Shown: positions 1 to 9,409 of the stretch, piece by piece
Numbering within the stretch: position 1 is the first letter of the stretch
Layout: each line of letters opens with the position of its first letter
Assembly: GCA_028281385.1 (NCBI GenBank)
Contig: JANQJY010000098.1
Coordinates: 11,180-75,179 of the forward strand
Length of the DNA: 64,000 bases
Source of the DNA: Rickettsiales bacterium
GTDB taxonomy: Bacteria; Pseudomonadota; Alphaproteobacteria; Rickettsiales; UBA3002
Direction of reading: 5' to 3'
Made by a program: the position numbers and the translations under genes
The notes under the pieces: generated by a model
Seen by the model: only the letters and a program-made list of their open reading frames with translations
The model's database searches: none
What the model was told of the DNA's origin: nothing

Positions 1-40
1 TATTTCACGCGTCAAAGGACTAGATCGCATCAGCGAAATC

Positions 41-1078
41 ATGTCTGACCCGGTAGGTATTTATTTTGCTCTAAGAGAAGCAAAACATAAAGAATATGAA
101 TTGCAAGCTAATGACAAACACGCAGCTGTAAACCCAGATTTCCACCTTGTAGAAGTCAACCTTGATCAACGTGAAAAAATACCCCAGCTCGGCCGCAAAC
201 ATATCGACCCAGAAGAGCGTTTATGGTCCGGAGGAAAACAACCCGCAGGCTCCAGACGCCCCGCACGACTTGCAGCAGTTGACTTCAATCCACTCCACCC
301 GCAACATCCGGAATCAGCGAGAAATATTAGATTTGAACGTCCCGATTTATGTTATACCTCTGAGCATACTCTTGATGATGAAGAAAGAGCGATCATCCAA
401 GATGGAGAGGTTGAAGAAACTGAGAGCCGGGCCATGCGTCACGCAATGCATAAAGCGCTCGCAGACAGGTTTGGAAAAATTGACGATAAAGAATTACCAA
501 AACAGCGGCGCAATATTATTATCCGTCACAATTTTGGTGATGAAATATCAGGTTTTGAGATTTACACACTCCCGCGTGAGCCAAAACAACATATGTTAAA
601 CTATAATAAAGCACCAGAAATATATCGCAATAAGAGCATGTCCCGCATTTATATTGATTTCGATCAGGATCACCCGGATGGAGGTCATATTCGCGGTTAT
701 TATTATCTCGTCGAATCAGGACAGTCAGAAGAACATAATAGAAAAACCTATCCAAAATATGATGTTATTCCCGATCATGTGATGTGTGATATAAATCATA
801 AAAAATATATGGGCGCTAATCTCCGACAAATCGGCGAATCGCTTATTAAAGAGCATATTCCTGAAACGGTACGCGCCTGGAATAAAGGACGTAAAAAAGG
901 CATGCTTAAATCACCCTATGATAAGAAAACACAACAGCAGGAAACTCTCCCTGGTGATGCCCTTGGTGAAACAGGCGCCGCCGGCAGAAGGCGCCGGAAA
1001 CCTATAGATCGGTGGACTGAACATGTACTCGACAACCCACGAACAGGCCAATCTCCCACGCCTGGTAAAAACTCCTAA
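41..1078 (+). CDS. hypothetical protein (345 aa)
   Basis: Longest ORF in the region with no competing ORF; no domain recognised. Confidence 0.45.
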   Translation: MSDPVGIYFALREAKHKEYELQANDKHAAVNPDFHLVEVNLDQREKIPQLGRKHIDPEERLWSGGKQPAGSRRPARLAAVDFNPLHPQHPESARNIRFERPDLCYTSEHTLDDEERAIIQDGEVEETESRAMRHAMHKALADRFGKIDDKELPKQRRNIIIRHNFGDEISGFEIYTLPREPKQHMLNYNKAPEIYRNKSMSRIYIDFDQDHPDGGHIRGYYYLVESGQSEEHNRKTYPKYDVIPDHVMCDINHKKYMGANLRQIGESLIKEHIPETVRAWNKGRKKGMLKSPYDKKTQQQETLPGDALGETGAAGRRRRKPIDRWTEHVLDNPRTGQSPTPGKNS

Positions 1079-1147
1079 AGCACCCCATTGCACTTCCCGT
1101 TAAAATCCGTAGAATGAACACAAGCAGTAACGGAGCGTATACAAGCG

Positions 1148-1837
1148 ATGCCAACCTTGAAAGACATCAAAGAGCAGATCAAAAACCTGCCGCACAAATA
1201 TATTTTCTATACCAAGCGCGAAATCAATTATCTGCCCAAGATTCTGGCCGAGGATGAAAAAATTCTCGCCCTCACTTCCGGCTATCATGGCAATACCACC
1301 ATGCTGCTGGTCTGCACCAACCGCCGGCTGCTGTTTGTCGATAAAGGCATGTTTTTCGGCCTGAAAGTCAAGCAACTCAATCTGGACCGGATTCAGTCGA
1401 TTGACTCTTCCTACATCATCGTCTTCGGCAATATCAAAATCTGGGATGCCGCCGCCGCCTATGATATTTCACTGGTGCTGAAAGATTCGATTGAACCCTT
1501 TGTTAAAACCGTTCGTCAGGCCATCGATGACTATAAGAAACTTGTCTTTAACGAGATTACCGGACAGCGCGTGGCACAACCGCAGCATACCCAGGCTATT
1601 GCGGAAGCGTATCCTCAATCCCAGCAATATCCATCACCGCAACCACAGCATATGGCGCCACCACTGCCTCCACCACAGGCACAGACCTACTCTACGGCTC
1701 CGTCATCAGCACCGGCTGCACCAACGAAAGAAGATATGGTCAGCAAGCTGGAACGTCTGGCGAAATTGCGCGAACAAGGCCATCTGACGGAAGAAGAATT
1801 TCAACATCAAAAAGCGAAGTTATTATCGTCGATTTAA
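1148..1837 (+). CDS. bacterial PH-domain (YokE-like) protein with Pro/Gln-rich linker and C-terminal SHOCT motif
   Basis: N-terminal pattern ..LLVCTNRRLLFVDKG..LNLDRIQSID.. is typical of bPH domains; the C-terminus KLERLAKLREQGHLTEEEFQHQKAKLL is SHOCT-like. Confidence 0.7.
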   Translation: MPTLKDIKEQIKNLPHKYIFYTKREINYLPKILAEDEKILALTSGYHGNTTMLLVCTNRRLLFVDKGMFFGLKVKQLNLDRIQSIDSSYIIVFGNIKIWDAAAAYDISLVLKDSIEPFVKTVRQAIDDYKKLVFNEITGQRVAQPQHTQAIAEAYPQSQQYPSPQPQHMAPPLPPPQAQTYSTAPSSAPAAPTKEDMVSKLERLAKLREQGHLTEEEFQHQKAKLLSSI

Positions 1838-1872
1838 ATGGCAGTAAAGATTCTGTGACATGACAGAACAAA

Positions 1873-1896
1873 CCTAATGCCTAACGCCTAATGTCT
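1873..1896. repeat. heptad stop-codon repeat (CCTAAnG x3) between convergent genes
   Basis: cctaatg cctaacg cctaatg; CTA and TAA every 7 nt; supplies the stop of 1874..2320. Confidence 0.65.
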
Positions 1897-2320
1897 CATC
1901 TTCTACCCGCCCATCACCTTGGACTGCTTGCGTCATGACGGCAGGCATACCATGTGCAGACACATGCCCTTCAATGTGATCCTGCACCGCCTTTTCAATG
2001 GTGTTAAGCGTGTCATAACGTTTATAGATTTTCTGATCGCGGCTGAAGCCAAAATACGCAAAGGCACCACCAATCGCTGCCCAGATCGGGATTTCATATT
2101 TAAGCTTCTGCATAAGTGATACATGCGCGTTAAACCCAAGCCCATGCAATGCCGCATTAAGTGCACCACCCACTATAGCGCTTTGGCCGGCAATCCTGCC
2201 GATATATCCCCATTTCTCTCCGGCAGATGGATTTGCTTTCCGATGCAGTTCATCCATCAACTGATGGCGCATGACTAGCAGCCCCTGCACTCCGGCATTG
2301 TTTAACGTCTTATCATCCAT
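1874..2320 (-). CDS. hypothetical protein, probable membrane protein (148 aa)
   Basis: ORF with hydrophobic Gly/Ala-rich segments; direct-repeat box promoter lies immediately upstream; stop codon lies in a heptad repeat. Confidence 0.5.
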   Translation of the reverse strand: MDDKTLNNAGVQGLLVMRHQLMDELHRKANPSAGEKWGYIGRIAGQSAIVGGALNAALHGLGFNAHVSLMQKLKYEIPIWAAIGGAFAYFGFSRDQKIYKRYDTLNTIEKAVQDHIEGHVSAHGMPAVMTQAVQGDGRVEDETLGVRH

Positions 2321-2326
2321 TCTGCT

Positions 2327-2370
2327 AAAATAGCATGACGGAAGAGCCGGAAAGATGACAGTTTGGTGAA
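2327..2370 (-). promoter_or_regulatory. box promoter a (ttcaccaaactgtcatct, 20-nt spacer, tatttt)
   Basis: Box at 2353..2370, -10 at 2327..2332, 6 nt to ATG 2320 (leaderless geometry). Confidence 0.6.
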
Positions 2371-2382
2371 ATTTAGCAGTTA

Positions 2383-2799
2383 TTAATTATTGAGTTTTCC
2401 AGCAATCTGGTCACGCAATTCATGCGGCAATGCCTGCATGCGGTTAGGGAACATGTTGGTCATTTTGGTAATGAAACGCTCAAAGGTAATTTCACCGTCC
2501 TGATACAGGCGTTTGGTAAACAGTGCATGCTGCATGCGTATATTCGACAATGACGGCAAACCGATCACAATGGCTGTCGTGATGCTGGAGACGAGTTGCA
2601 TGTCTTCCTTGCCAGCCATTGTAGAGAGATTTTCAATCGCAGCATCGTAGGTTTTCAGGGATTCCTCGATCAGCGTTTCCATTTCTTCTGGACTCACCGA
2701 TACACACTGCATCCCCTGATCTTCCAGATACAGATCTCCATTGGCGTAATAGGTACTACGCTTCAGCTTATCCATTGCCTTTGGCAACTGCAGGAACAT
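2383..2799 (-). CDS. hypothetical protein (138 aa)
   Basis: ORF only; a TTAA-N7-TTAA box lies about 50 nt upstream. Confidence 0.4.
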   Translation of the reverse strand: MFLQLPKAMDKLKRSTYYANGDLYLEDQGMQCVSVSPEEMETLIEESLKTYDAAIENLSTMAGKEDMQLVSSITTAIVIGLPSLSNIRMQHALFTKRLYQDGEITFERFITKMTNMFPNRMQALPHELRDQIAGKLNN

Positions 2800-2847
2800 C
2801 GTCGTCTCTATCTATTTTTCAGCTTGCTCTATTATAAGTAGAGCGAG

Positions 2848-2862
2848 TTAACATTTTATTAA
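2848..2862. promoter_or_regulatory. TTAA-N7-TTAA (CtrA-type box candidate)
   Basis: ttaacattttattaa; between the g15 stop and the start of 2383..2799. Confidence 0.3.
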
Positions 2863-2946
2863 TTTCAACCGTTAATTCTTTATACCTGCAGGGTTATATT
2901 TGTATAAAAGTTTAGGAAAATTAATAAGATAAAGGGGAATAATATT

Positions 2947-5900
2947 TTAAACGGTTGCGCTGGTGCCATATCCTCGCCCAACCCTGCCAGATAGCTGATA
3001 TACAGTGATATTTATACTCGATTGCGCTGCACCAAAATCATTCACCTGGTCCGCCGCACTATAGGTGGCACCAGAATTATTGGCTGCAATCGTGCGCATC
3101 ACATCACTGCCATCCAGGATATCGATTTCATACGCTTCCGACTCTTCCGAAAGCGGCACATCGGTCAAATCCCGCCACTGGCCACCGATCCGTGTCCGCC
3201 GTACCCATGAGATGCTCAGATTGTCCGATCCGTCGCGTTCACCCGTCACATGCACAGGGCTGTAAGGTTTGAGCGCTCTGGCCTGATAGGTAAAAGACTG
3301 TGCACTGACCGAGCCGAGTGTCTTGCCGACGCTGACACCTTTGTAAAGGCGTGACAGGCCGATTAGTCCGTCCGCCATCGCCTCTTTCTGCAGATGGTTG
3401 TCAAGCAGGGTAAAAGCTTCACCGGCGCTATGTCCGCCCGTGGCCCATTCGGTGCCCTGCCGCCCGCGCAACAAACCAGACAGGCGATATTTATTGGGAT
3501 TGAGTTCAACGGCGCTTTTAAACTGAATAACTTCATCGCCAACAAGTGCTGCATTCGCACCGTTCAGTACCGCCAGTTCGGTAGCGCTGGCAAGCGTGCC
3601 TTCGCCCATCAATACCACATCCAGCGTATTTTGATCATCAAACACGCTGGTCGGACCGTCCGCCAGCGCGGTGGTCACCGTACCGAGCGTCGCGGGCTGG
3701 ACAAAAGAGGCAAGCGACTCATAACTGCCACCCTCATCATCGGACCGGTAAATTACCGCTCCTTTCCAGCCATCCGTGGTCTCGCCGATCGCTGCCATGC
3801 GCAGCAGCGCTTCATCGGCACTGTCCGTGCTGAGTGCCGGCATATCGAGCAGGCGATACAGCGTGCTCGGCACCGGCGCTTTGGGCGTTCTTACCACCGT
3901 CGATTCGCCAGGCGGCGCATAAAAATCATAGGTACTGACATCTTCGGCCACCGCCTGTATGCGCAGCATTCCCGGTCGTCCAAACTGCACATGCGTAACG
4001 CGCATGACATGCGACGCATTATTGGCACTGACCGTGATCACATCTGCCGGTTCCAGACCGGCATACTGTGTCGGTATATGAAACTGATAGCGAAGGCGGG
4101 ACATCCAACTGTTATACAGCGCGACATCGGCAATAATTTTGGCCTTCTGATCGCTCATCACAATCGGCAGACTCAGACTCTGCACATCGACTGCACTGGC
4201 GGTCAGACGCTGTGCATGCTGCGTGCCGGTTTGATAATTTTTGAGGCGGTTGATATACAGAATCTCCACCCGCTGCGGCAATTCCAGCTCCTGCGTACGG
4301 GTGATCTCAATCGCTTCGCCTGTCTGTGCACTCGTCAGCGGAATCAGTTGATCCTCAGCAATATTGAGCACACTCGCATTGCCACGCGGAATGAATTTCA
4401 GCAATCCATCCGACTCGGCGGCATCGAAGAAATAGGCCGCCATCAACTGTTCAATCAATCGGCGTGCACTATTTTGGCTACTGACGACAAAGCCCTCAAC
4501 CTGATCGTCCAAGCGCGTCACATCGATAAAGGATTGCGGCAGTCCGGCACGTTCGCTGAGGTCCGCGACAATCGCCGCCAGCGATGACAGGCCGAATTTC
4601 CCCTGCACCCAATGGCCGGTTTTCCACACGCCGCCATCGGCCCAGACCGAGAGCATATCCGGCCAGTAGGGATAGGGTCGTGCATCCCAGGTCCACAGGA
4701 ACAAATGCTCGATCATATCCGAGCCATCCCACTCGGACAATGTCGCGGCAATGCCGGCACGTTGCGCGCGAAAATCGATTCTGCCTTTTGAATGATAGGG
4801 AAAGAAACTCTCTGACGAGGTCGGATCATAAAATACATTCGGCTGATTCGTCGCACCATCGACACTGGGAAAACCGAATTCGGTAAACCAGATTTTCTTG
4901 GATTGCGGTGTCCATGCCGTGCTGTTGGTATCGGGATTGACATGGCTGTTTTTCCAGAACCAGTCGAGATTTTTCCAGGCGTATTTCGCTTCGAGATTCA
5001 CCTTGGTGGTGCGCTCTGGATCGCTGTAATACCAGTCATAGCCCTCGCCGGAGGTCCAACCCTGTTTGATCGTCGGAATGTCATAGCCGAGTTCGTTCTG
5101 CGGCACATCGGTCAGTGGAAAATAGGCATCGATTCCGATAAAGTCGATATTGGAGGAAGCCCAAAGCGGATCGAGATTATACCACCCCTCATCGGTATGA
5201 TGATATTCCGACCAGTCCGCCGCATAGGTCACTTTCACGCCGGAGCCCATCGTCGTTTTCACCGTCGTCGCCAGAGACACCAGCGCATCCACCGCCGGAA
5301 AGTTCCGGTTGGTACTGGCACCGTCATTCACCTTGGTCAGCCCGATCAGTTCCGAGCCGATGGCAAAGGCGTCAACCTTGTCTTTGACCAGACTGGCATA
5401 ATGATTGATGAAGGCGTTATAGCCGTCGGTTTTGGTGAAGAAGTTTGCAACGTCGGTGGTCGATCCGGTGACCCGTCCACGCCAGGGCTTATCCGTGACA
5501 TCCATCAGAAACATCGGATAGAAAAAGATATTATAGCCGCGTGCCTTCAGCTCATCCAGATAACGCAGCAGCGACTGATCATCCGGCGTGCCGCCATAGC
5601 GCGGTAAACCACTGTCATAGGTAATCTGCCATGCCGTTGAACGGTCAAAACTGCCGACACTCCATACCTCCGGGCTGGTGGTGGCCTGGCTTGCGGTAAA
5701 TTCGACACCCGGTTTGATGGTGCACAATCCCGCATCCATATTATCGCCGAACCAGTTGACGACCACCCCGATCCATTCGACATTCGGACAGCTATCCTCC
5801 AGCTGATCGAGCGCGACCAGTGCATTGGCTGTCTCTTCCGGCGTATGGCGATTGATGATGCTTTTGTCGCCCGACTGTACGAAATTGCCGCCGACATCCT

Positions 5901-6630
5901 CACCTTCGATTTTCTCCTGAATCGTGGTGTCATAGACAAATTCGCCGGAGCCGGGAATCATGATCATATCCTTGACCATATTTTCTACCGACTGACCATC
6001 AACATCCGGCCACAGAATCTTACGCTTGACCTCGGCGGTGAAATTGGGAATGCGATTGCCATACGCGCCAAGCGGGAAATCTTCCACCACAATATAGGCC
6101 ATGCCGCGATAGGCCGGCGTACTCCCTACCCCTTCATAGGATTCGATCAGCGGATCGGGCAATTGATCTTCGCCGCCTTTATAAATACGGTAGGTGCCTT
6201 CGCTCAGATCGAGCAGGTCGGCATCGGCCCAGATGCGCAGCACTTCGTCAATCTCGCCTTCACAAACGGCAATCGCCAGGCTGATAAAATAGCTGAATTC
6301 CGTGCTCGAACTGCTCGGCCCGCCACCACCCTTTCCGCCTTGCGTGCTGGTAGTGGTCGTGGCGATCTCCTTGATCGGGCGCGACCAGATGATATTTCCC
6401 GCCAGCCGTGCCGACCCATAGACAATCGGAATCATTTCCCCATAGGTCGAGGTTTGTACCGCCAGATCCTTCAGGCGCGCACCTTCGCGATGCGTATCTT
6501 TGGGTCCACCGAAAATCGCATTATCAACGGCATTGCCAAGCGTGCTCGCCGCCAGTTGCAACCCGATGGCAGCCAATGGATTTGCCGCCGCTACCGATGA
6601 TGCCGCTGTGCTTAATAACATAGAAGCCAT
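2947..6630 (-). CDS. RcGTA g15-like baseplate/host-specificity multidomain protein (TIM-barrel-like glycoside-hydrolase region plus phage-tail region)
   Basis: 1227-aa ORF; Gly/Ala-rich N-terminus, ..IWSRPIKE.., ..NRIPNFTAEV.., and overall layout typical of GTA g15 homologues; last gene in the g12-g13-g14-g15 order. Confidence 0.88.
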   Translation of the reverse strand: MASMLLSTAASSVAAANPLAAIGLQLAASTLGNAVDNAIFGGPKDTHREGARLKDLAVQTSTYGEMIPIVYGSARLAGNIIWSRPIKEIATTTTSTQGGKGGGGPSSSSTEFSYFISLAIAVCEGEIDEVLRIWADADLLDLSEGTYRIYKGGEDQLPDPLIESYEGVGSTPAYRGMAYIVVEDFPLGAYGNRIPNFTAEVKRKILWPDVDGQSVENMVKDMIMIPGSGEFVYDTTIQEKIEGEDVGGNFVQSGDKSIINRHTPEETANALVALDQLEDSCPNVEWIGVVVNWFGDNMDAGLCTIKPGVEFTASQATTSPEVWSVGSFDRSTAWQITYDSGLPRYGGTPDDQSLLRYLDELKARGYNIFFYPMFLMDVTDKPWRGRVTGSTTDVANFFTKTDGYNAFINHYASLVKDKVDAFAIGSELIGLTKVNDGASTNRNFPAVDALVSLATTVKTTMGSGVKVTYAADWSEYHHTDEGWYNLDPLWASSNIDFIGIDAYFPLTDVPQNELGYDIPTIKQGWTSGEGYDWYYSDPERTTKVNLEAKYAWKNLDWFWKNSHVNPDTNSTAWTPQSKKIWFTEFGFPSVDGATNQPNVFYDPTSSESFFPYHSKGRIDFRAQRAGIAATLSEWDGSDMIEHLFLWTWDARPYPYWPDMLSVWADGGVWKTGHWVQGKFGLSSLAAIVADLSERAGLPQSFIDVTRLDDQVEGFVVSSQNSARRLIEQLMAAYFFDAAESDGLLKFIPRGNASVLNIAEDQLIPLTSAQTGEAIEITRTQELELPQRVEILYINRLKNYQTGTQHAQRLTASAVDVQSLSLPIVMSDQKAKIIADVALYNSWMSRLRYQFHIPTQYAGLEPADVITVSANNASHVMRVTHVQFGRPGMLRIQAVAEDVSTYDFYAPPGESTVVRTPKAPVPSTLYRLLDMPALSTDSADEALLRMAAIGETTDGWKGAVIYRSDDEGGSYESLASFVQPATLGTVTTALADGPTSVFDDQNTLDVVLMGEGTLASATELAVLNGANAALVGDEVIQFKSAVELNPNKYRLSGLLRGRQGTEWATGGHSAGEAFTLLDNHLQKEAMADGLIGLSRLYKGVSVGKTLGSVSAQSFTYQARALKPYSPVHVTGERDGSDNLSISWVRRTRIGGQWRDLTDVPLSEESEAYEIDILDGSDVMRTIAANNSGATYSAADQVNDFGAAQSSINITVYQLSGRVGRGYGTSATV

Positions 6631-6715
6631 AAAGAAATCCTTTTTTATTTGATCGGAGGAAGAGGTTGTGTGTATTTGTCGTCAGGATGAAACCCCATTA
6701 TCAAAGGAGCATACA

Positions 6716-7081
6716 ATGCTGGTCATACGCTTACTCTCTTTCTGCCTACTGATAGTGACTGCCGCCTGTGCAACACCATCAACGCAGTTCATGCCTTCCA
6801 GTGCAGCGTTGGCTCATTATGCCCCGACAGACCCGCAGCAGATTGACATCCTGCACAGTAATCCCAAGAAGCCGTTTATTGAGCTGGGAGGTATCCGCGC
6901 CGATGCCTATCTGGTCAATCCCGATGCGCAAATGCTGTATTACATGAAACGCGAAGCCGCCCGGCACGGAGCACATGCCATCATTCTGTATAAGAATGTG
7001 GAACAACATGATTTTGTTGAGTCCGCCATCAACATGACCCCACCCAAATATGCCTCAGCTATTGCGATACGGTATGAATAA
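6716..7081 (+). CDS. small lipoprotein
   Basis: AAGGAG RBS before ATG 6716; lipobox LIVTAAC; C-terminal half resembles the product of 7156..7524. Confidence 0.6.
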   Translation: MLVIRLLSFCLLIVTAACATPSTQFMPSSAALAHYAPTDPQQIDILHSNPKKPFIELGGIRADAYLVNPDAQMLYYMKREAARHGAHAIILYKNVEQHDFVESAINMTPPKYASAIAIRYE

Positions 7082-7155
7082 CGTCTAAAAATGCATTGAA
7101 TCATTGAGAAAAATCGTTAATAACATCTGTAATTAATCTGAACAGAGGACTGAGA

Positions 7156-7524
7156 ATGAAAACCTTTATTGCAACGCTTGCCGCTACGGCACTGCTTTCA
7201 ACCGCTACCATCGCCGCCGATGCGGAGTTCCATCCATCCACCTATACCACCTATAAGAAGCACGGTCCTTACAGCGGGTCTGTCAAAATTCTCGAGAAAC
7301 TGCCAGCTCCCGGCCAATACACCGAAATCGGCATTGTACGCGTGCCAACCAGCAAAGTTGCCAGCAGTTCGCAGGCTATTCGTCTACTGAAAGCAAAAGC
7401 TGCACAACATGGCGGCAATGCACTGAAGCTGGAAGATGATGCGGTGATCTTTGCCAATGGCGGCACGACGGATCGCGGCACCCGCCCGCAACATGCCACC
7501 GCCATTGCAGTGATTTCGAACTAA
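7156..7524 (+). CDS. small secreted protein, paralogue-like to 6716..7081
   Basis: Signal peptide MKTFIATLAATALLSTATIAADA; shared ..A..HG.NA..L.. C-terminal pattern. Confidence 0.6.
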   Translation: MKTFIATLAATALLSTATIAADAEFHPSTYTTYKKHGPYSGSVKILEKLPAPGQYTEIGIVRVPTSKVASSSQAIRLLKAKAAQHGGNALKLEDDAVIFANGGTTDRGTRPQHATAIAVISN

Positions 7525-7534
7525 ACAACGTGTC

Positions 7535-7557
7535 ATTACCCGCTTTATGCGGGTAAT
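7535..7557 (+). terminator. stem-loop after 7156..7524
   Basis: attacccgc-tttat-gcgggtaat perfect 9-bp stem; weak T tract. Confidence 0.4.
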
Positions 7558-7643
7558 TCCTTGAGTATTACAAATCTGCAGACTACCCGAACCATTCGGG
7601 CAGGAGGGTGTTTCTGCATTTTTTTCGCCGAATCACAATAACC

Positions 7644-7658
7644 TTAATATTTCGTTAA
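7644..7658. promoter_or_regulatory. TTAA-N7-TTAA (CtrA-type box candidate)
   Basis: ttaatatttcgttaa; about 95 nt upstream of 7753. Confidence 0.3.
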
Positions 7659-7752
7659 CTTTTCTATGTTATTCTATGAATAATAACACAATCCGATGTG
7701 ACGGATGCCATTATGTAACCCGCTATGAAACAGGAACAAAGGGTGTGGACTT

Positions 7753-8070
7753 ATGAGCAAGCAACCACTAACCATCATACTATCATTTCTCTGCCTTATG
7801 GCAGTCACCGCCTGTGGCAATAAGCAGCTACAGGTCGTTCCTCACACAGATCGTTTGGAACAGGACGGTGAACGTATTTACGGAACAATTGCATTGACCA
7901 ATGCTCAGACTGGCGAAACGGCAAACAAACTACATGTAAAAAAAATCGATAAAGGCTACGGGCTTCAAGGGCGCATGCACGAAAAAGATAATATAAAGGT
8001 TGATTTTGTCGCAGCCAAACACAAAGAATTCAAATATTTCTCCGGCCTGAAATTCAGCTGGTCGTTCTAG
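7753..8070 (+). CDS. small lipoprotein
   Basis: Lipobox LMAVTAC at the N-terminus; 105-aa ORF. Confidence 0.55.
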   Translation: MSKQPLTIILSFLCLMAVTACGNKQLQVVPHTDRLEQDGERIYGTIALTNAQTGETANKLHVKKIDKGYGLQGRMHEKDNIKVDFVAAKHKEFKYFSGLKFSWSF

Positions 8071-8075
8071 CTATT

Positions 8076-8531
8076 CTAAAAGCGGAATCCTGTAACAATC
8101 CGCCTTTGCCACATGTCATCCAACCGATGTTCTACCACTTTGCGTGCCGGCGCATAGGCATGGATCAGAGAAAGCGATGTAGGTTCGCCACCCGTAACAG
8201 GTAACGCGTAACTACTGACAATTCCTACATGCCTGGCATTGCCATCAATCCTCATCAGCGCGACATCACCTGGTTGCAATACATCCTTATCAATAAGGTG
8301 AAGTACCCGGCACAAGCCATTCCATAAACGTGCTTCGTCCGGAATATGACCATAATCGGTTTCATCGAAATCTGCCAATCGTTGCCCGGCTTTCTCAAGT
8401 TTTAACTCGCCGGCCACGCAGGCCAACAGACCCAGACAATCCACCCCATGCCGGCTGCGCCCCTGATGTCTGAACGGCACGCCGAGCCATCCGCGTGCAC
8501 AGGCAACAATCTGCTGGCAGCGCTCAGACAT
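8076..8531 (-). CDS. RcGTA g14-like NlpC/P60 cell-wall peptidase
   Basis: CARGWLGVPFRHQGRSRHGVDCLGL (catalytic Cys context), ..HVGIV.. and ..IHAY.. motifs; size and position as in GTA clusters. Confidence 0.85.
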   Translation of the reverse strand: MSERCQQIVACARGWLGVPFRHQGRSRHGVDCLGLLACVAGELKLEKAGQRLADFDETDYGHIPDEARLWNGLCRVLHLIDKDVLQPGDVALMRIDGNARHVGIVSSYALPVTGGEPTSLSLIHAYAPARKVVEHRLDDMWQRRIVTGFRF

Positions 8532-8586
8532 AAAAACACTCCGTCACTCATAGGATCAATGTGAAATACAGTGAAGGCTAAGAAAC

Positions 8587-9051
8587 CTATGCCTGTTTTT
8601 TTTCTTTCTCAGGGCGATAAGACGCACGTAGCGACGGGCGTGCAAACAACGGGCGTTGGCCCAGGCTTTTCGCATACCACCATACCAGGGCGGACATAGT
8701 GACAATCGCCATACCGAAGACCCAGATAAAGGCGCCGATCGCCGCATCGCCATACAGCCCGATAATGGTAGCAGATGCAAAAATGGCAATGGCAATAATA
8801 AAGCCGAGAATCTGTCCCAGGATCGTACTGAACAAATGTACTTTCAATGACCGATTTTCCCACTGATGGCGTTGCTGTTGCTCTTTGGCAAACATATCCA
8901 GAATCTGCTGAGCGGACCCTTCAACGACATAATCATAGGCCTCCAGCATTTCCGGATCCGGCAATATTTCAATATTTTTACGCGGCGCATTGGGCTTGCG
9001 TTTATTATTTTGCTTGCGCGGAGAATGAGACGATTTGGGCGGCTGATTCAT
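8587..9051 (-). CDS. DUF2335-like membrane protein
   Basis: LPDPEMLEAYD..GSAQQILDMFAKEQQQRHQWE followed by two TM helices matches the DUF2335 pattern. Confidence 0.5.
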   Translation of the reverse strand: MNQPPKSSHSPRKQNNKRKPNAPRKNIEILPDPEMLEAYDYVVEGSAQQILDMFAKEQQQRHQWENRSLKVHLFSTILGQILGFIIAIAIFASATIIGLYGDAAIGAFIWVFGMAIVTMSALVWWYAKSLGQRPLFARPSLRASYRPEKEKKQA

Positions 9052-9295
9052 GGACCTAGTGTGTAACCGGATTCACGCTGAGATGCAACCGGTAACTGGT
9101 CACTCTTTTTCCATCACTTCATGCACATCCTTGCCCAGACGTAGCATATCACCGCGTAACCCTTCGGCGCTATTGCGATAAGGATAGCGGTAAAGCGGCG
9201 GTGTTGTCACCGACAGAACCGATGCCAACGAACCAAAAAATGCACGAATCAGTATCATGGCGACAATAGTAATATAACCTTTGCCACTGTCAAAT

Positions 9296-9408
9296 CCTTC
9301 CTATCTCTTGCGAAAATACGTGGTCGTGAGAACCGGCGCGCAGTGTATGTAGTAATACATGAGCACCGGAAGCGGAGCGAACACGTCTTTGCAACAGGGA
9401 TAGGAAGG
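9296..9408 (+). repeat. family-A-related element flanked by 10-bp inverted repeats
   Basis: ccttcctatc ... gataggaagg termini; the interior ..ggtcgtgag..gcggagcgaac.. resembles family-A ends. Confidence 0.5.
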
Positions 9409-9409
9409 A

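Noticed and set aside
3394-4587. 397-aa plus-strand ORF, plus several others (4903..5607, 5845..6600), inside the g15 gene
   Set aside because: These are antisense to a strongly supported 1227-aa GTA g15 homologue. The translations are Arg/Gly/His-rich with no motifs, which is typical of spurious antisense ORFs in GC-richer coding DNA.
9100-9258. 52-codon minus-strand micro-ORF (MILIRAFFGSLASVLSVTTPPLYRYPYRNSAEGLRGDMLRLGKDVHEVMEKE) between g13 and the DUF2335 gene
   Set aside because: It is plausible as a small membrane-associated peptide in the operon. However, it is too short to support without conservation or expression data, so it is not listed as a feature.
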